From Thermodesulfovibrionales bacterium (GTDB taxonomy: Bacteria; Nitrospirota; Thermodesulfovibrionia; Thermodesulfovibrionales; UBA6898), in assembly GCA_044450345.1 (NCBI GenBank), contig JBIOIY010000060.1:1-17694 (forward strand): DNA of 17,694 bases, written 5' to 3'. The notes beneath the pieces are model-generated. The model saw only the letters and a program-made list of their open reading frames with translations, had not been told where the DNA came from and did no database searches. Below, piece by piece: positions 14,930-17,694 of the stretch. The position numbers were made by a program, and so were the translations under genes. Each line of letters starts with the position of its first letter. Within the stretch, counting starts at the first letter, position 1.

Positions 14930-15955
14930 ATGTACAGAAGAAGCCTTCTTTGCATTTTCATGGGTTTAACCCTCTTAATTCCTTCTATTTCTCTTTCGCA
15001 GACGCCGGAAATAAAGGATTATACAGTAGCATCAGGCGACACGCTATGGAGTATTTCCGGCAAAGAACTGGGAGATCCTTTCTTATGGCCAAAGATATGG
15101 CAGGAAAACCCGGATATCGCGAACCCCGACAGATTATATCCAGGCCAGAAGATAAGAATCCCGCTTCGTTATGCGCAGAAAGAAGGGCAGGGAAAGCAGG
15201 TTGCAGGTACCGAGCCAGGCGCTGCTATTCCGGCGGAAACACCTCAAAAGGGGGAATTTGCGAAGAAGTCCGGGGTGGATAAAGAATCTTCACCGGCATC
15301 AGTCCCGCTCCGACCGCTCATTGATAGAAATGTTCTCGTAGCAAGTGGTTTTATCGCTGACTCGGTGAAGGGAGTGGGAACGATTGCGGGAGCTCCCTCT
15401 CAGAGAATAGTGTTCGGTAAGTATGACATTGTCTACGTAAAGATTGATAAGCCGGCGAAGGTAGGCGATCGGTTTTATATACTCCGGAAAGGAGAGCTGG
15501 TAAGGCACCCTGTAACAAACAAGAAAATGGGATACCTCGTGGAAATGCTCGGCGTCGTCGAGATCCTGCGTTTTGAGTACGGCGACACATTGGCGAAGAT
15601 CACCGAGATGTTCAATGACATTCATTCGGGAGATCTTCTTGAGACCTATTACGACATCAGCCCGCCCCTGACTACCGGCGAGTTCAGGAAGCCGGATATC
15701 ACTGGATATGTAGTAGCATCACGTTACGGGCATCTGGGAGATGCAAAGTTAAACATTGTCTATATAGACAAAGGTCTTAAAGATGGTCTTGATATAGGCG
15801 ACACGGTAAAGACTCTGAACGTTATCGATGATCACAAGATCCCCTCCGGCGCCATACAAATAATAAGCTGCAGGGAGACGACTTCAACCGCTGTGGTTCT
15901 GGAGAACTATTATAGCGAGATCTTGGTGGGAAATTTGATTACCAAGCTGGAATAG
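14930..15955 (+). CDS. Exported LysM peptidoglycan-binding protein (TsaP-like architecture)
   Basis: N-terminal signal peptide, LysM YTVASGDTLWSIS..WPKIWQENPDIANPDRLYPGQKIRIP, low-complexity linker, beta-rich C-terminus (VYIDKGLKDGL). Confidence 0.88.
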   Translation: MYRRSLLCIFMGLTLLIPSISLSQTPEIKDYTVASGDTLWSISGKELGDPFLWPKIWQENPDIANPDRLYPGQKIRIPLRYAQKEGQGKQVAGTEPGAAIPAETPQKGEFAKKSGVDKESSPASVPLRPLIDRNVLVASGFIADSVKGVGTIAGAPSQRIVFGKYDIVYVKIDKPAKVGDRFYILRKGELVRHPVTNKKMGYLVEMLGVVEILRFEYGDTLAKITEMFNDIHSGDLLETYYDISPPLTTGEFRKPDITGYVVASRYGHLGDAKLNIVYIDKGLKDGLDIGDTVKTLNVIDDHKIPSGAIQIISCRETTSTAVVLENYYSEILVGNLITKLE

Positions 15956-16002
15956 GAAGGGGGAAAAATACCTTTTTCTACCGCAAGAGCCGTGGTAGGA
16001 AA

Positions 16003-17430
16003 TTAGGCTGTTGTGAGGACCTTCAGGGCGCGTAGTCTGCTGGGATGCTTCAATTTTCTTAGTGCCTTAGCCTCGATCTGACGCACCCTCTCGCGGGTGA
16101 TGGAGAGATGCCTTCCTACTTCCTCAAGCGTATGGTCTCTGTCGACCCCGATGCCGAATCTCATCCTGATAACCTTCTCTTCTTTCGGTGTCAGTGTCTT
16201 AAGAATCATCAGGATCTGTTCGGAGATTTCATTCCTCTCTGCGTCAGAGTAAGGGGAGGGACTGTTCTTATCGCCGATGAAATCTTCGAGCTCAGTATCT
16301 TCATCGCCTACCGGCGTCTGGAGTGCGATAGGATCTTGTATAGCCCTGAAAACCTCCTCTACCTTCCTCGTTGGGACGACTAGTTTCTTTGCGATCTCTT
16401 CGTTGCTCGGTTCTCTGCCGAGCTGTTGAGTGAGTTCTCGGGAAGCCTTGGTAACCCTGTTATAAAATTCCATCATATGAACCGGTACCCGGATCGTCTT
16501 CGTCTGATCGATGAGGGCGCGCGTGATCGCCTGCCTTATCCACCATGTTGCGTAGGTCGAGAATTTAAACCCTTTTTCGTATTTGAATTTATCGACAGCC
16601 TTCATCAAACCGATGTTACCCTCCTGGATAAGGTCGAGTAAAGGAAGACCCCTGCCCACGTAATTTTTTGCGATATTTACAACCAGCCTCAGGTTTCTCG
16701 TTATCAATTCATTTTTGGCCTCGGTAACGAGCGACCTGGCCTTTGTAATTCTGTCCCACTTGCCCCTTAGTTCCTCGAGTCTTATCCCCGTTTCCGTTTC
16801 GACCTTCCGATAGTCGTTCTGGACTTCTTTGGCAAGAGCAGATAATTTCATAGGATTGACATCTTTTTTCTTCTTGTCACATATTATTTTTTTGAGGTCC
16901 CTTAATGAGCCATGCCGCGTAATTTTCCTATCGGCCGTCTCCACTTTCCTCATCAGGGTATCAAGGATCTTCAGGCTCATAATCAAGGCTTCATCGGGCT
17001 TTTCTTCTTCCACCTCAGGTTCTTCTTCCTGGACCTCCAAACTCTCCTCTATTTTTTTGTAGAGAGGCATTCCAGTGACTATTTCCTTGATTATCTCTCT
17101 GCCTTCTTCTAATCTCTTCGCGAGTTCGGTTTCCTCGTCTTTAGTAAGTATGGAAATATCCCCCATTGAATGGAAATAAGCCTGAACAAGGTCTTCCGTC
17201 TTTTCATATTCCCCTACTTCCTCTTCTTCAGGGGCTTCTTCCTCCAAAACACCGGGTTCTTCATAATCTACTACCTTCACCCCCATATCCTGTAAGAGAT
17301 CCATTAGGTCTTCTAATTCATCCGGCGAGAAGAACTCTGAGGGCAGAGCATCATTTATTTCATCATAGGTAAGTGTTCCCCTCCGCTTACCTATATCTAT
17401 GATTTCTTCGAAGATATCCCTTTCTCTCAT
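16003..17430 (-). CDS. rpoD: RNA polymerase sigma-70 factor, RpoD/SigA type with region 1.1
   Basis: Region 1.1 (GKRRGTLTYDEINDALP), region 2 (NLRLVVNIAKNY, DLIQEGNIGLMKAVDKF, FSTYATWWIRQAITR), region 4 (TLEEVG..TRERVRQIEAKALRKL). SD AAGGAG. May be a paralog rather than the primary rpoD. Confidence 0.9.
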   Translation of the reverse strand: MRERDIFEEIIDIGKRRGTLTYDEINDALPSEFFSPDELEDLMDLLQDMGVKVVDYEEPGVLEEEAPEEEEVGEYEKTEDLVQAYFHSMGDISILTKDEETELAKRLEEGREIIKEIVTGMPLYKKIEESLEVQEEEPEVEEEKPDEALIMSLKILDTLMRKVETADRKITRHGSLRDLKKIICDKKKKDVNPMKLSALAKEVQNDYRKVETETGIRLEELRGKWDRITKARSLVTEAKNELITRNLRLVVNIAKNYVGRGLPLLDLIQEGNIGLMKAVDKFKYEKGFKFSTYATWWIRQAITRALIDQTKTIRVPVHMMEFYNRVTKASRELTQQLGREPSNEEIAKKLVVPTRKVEEVFRAIQDPIALQTPVGDEDTELEDFIGDKNSPSPYSDAERNEISEQILMILKTLTPKEEKVIRMRFGIGVDRDHTLEEVGRHLSITRERVRQIEAKALRKLKHPSRLRALKVLTTA

Positions 17431-17462
17431 TTTACTCCTTCAACTCTGCCTCTTCAGCCTAT

Positions 17463-17490
17463 AAGAAAAGGGCCTTTGGGCGGCCCTCTC
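17463..17490 (-). terminator. Intrinsic terminator-like hairpin upstream of rpoD
   Basis: Minus strand GAGAGGGCC-gcccaaa-GGCCCTTTTCTT: 6-bp core stem with G-U extension and U-rich tail. Confidence 0.5.
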
Positions 17491-17511
17491 TTTCAAAGAT
17501 AGTTTTTTTAT

Positions 17512-17539
17512 ATTGTACTACTTTTTTTATTTTTGGCAA
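17512..17539 (-). promoter_or_regulatory. Sigma70-type promoter upstream of rpoD
   Basis: Minus strand TTGCCA (17539-17534)-N16-TACAAT (17517-17512). Confidence 0.55.
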
Positions 17540-17581
17540 GCCACTGTTTGTTATTGACACCAGGAGGGAAGAAATAAATAA

Positions 17582-17694
17582 GGGTCAAGACACACGGTCA
17601 ATTAGTACTGGTCAGCTGAATGCATTACTGCACTTACACCTCCAGCCTATCAACGTGGTAGTCTACCACAGACCTTCAGGGGGATTGCTCCCCG
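17582..17694 (-). rRNA. rrl: 23S rRNA, 3' end (partial, continues beyond the window)
   Basis: Plus strand GGTCAAG...CGGTCAATTAGTACTGGTCAGCTGAATGCATTACTGCACTTACACCTCCAGCCTATCAACGTGGTAGTCT...CCTTCAGG is the reverse complement of the conserved 23S 3' terminus. Exact end uncertain by a few nt. Confidence 0.97.

Noticed and set aside
15975..16001. Hairpin between LysM and rpoD stop codons as an intrinsic terminator
   Set aside because: A stem with G-U pairs exists on the plus strand but no U-tract follows directly on either strand.
1..17694. CRISPR array, tRNA, transposase or integrase
   Set aside because: No regularly spaced direct repeats, cloverleaf with T-loop consensus, or recombinase motifs seen by eye.

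Overview
A bacterial chromosomal window with about 19 protein-coding genes and, at the right edge, the 3' end of a minus-strand 23S rRNA gene. Gene content and style suggest an anaerobe, possibly Nitrospirota/Thermodesulfovibrionia or Desulfobacterota-like; this is inference only. Recognisable genes: CgeB-type glycosyltransferase, stand-alone CinA N-terminal (COG1058) protein, two paralogous stand-alone HsdR-N-like proteins, a Fe-S protein, an acetolactate-synthase-like ThDP enzyme followed in frame by a large GT-A-fold hypothetical protein, a fused membrane/spermidine-synthase-like protein, a LMW phosphatase, a YkgJ-family protein, a Zn-finger/HEAT protein, a TIGR00725 LOG-family protein, a nitroreductase, a TIGR01212 radical SAM protein, a LysM protein and an RpoD-type sigma factor. 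No transposase, integrase or CRISPR array was seen. Best leads: (1) the ThDP enzyme + atypical GT-A two-gene module; (2) the pair of HsdR-N-like paralogs with degenerate nuclease motifs and their small partner genes; (3) a 23S rRNA gene with no 5S behind it, only a possible 14-nt 5S-like stub, running into a divergent rpoD; (4) a switch-like or MITE-like structured element upstream of the phosphatase; (5) an FNR/Crp-type class II promoter on the Fe-S gene. All family calls are from motif recognition by eye; no searches were run.
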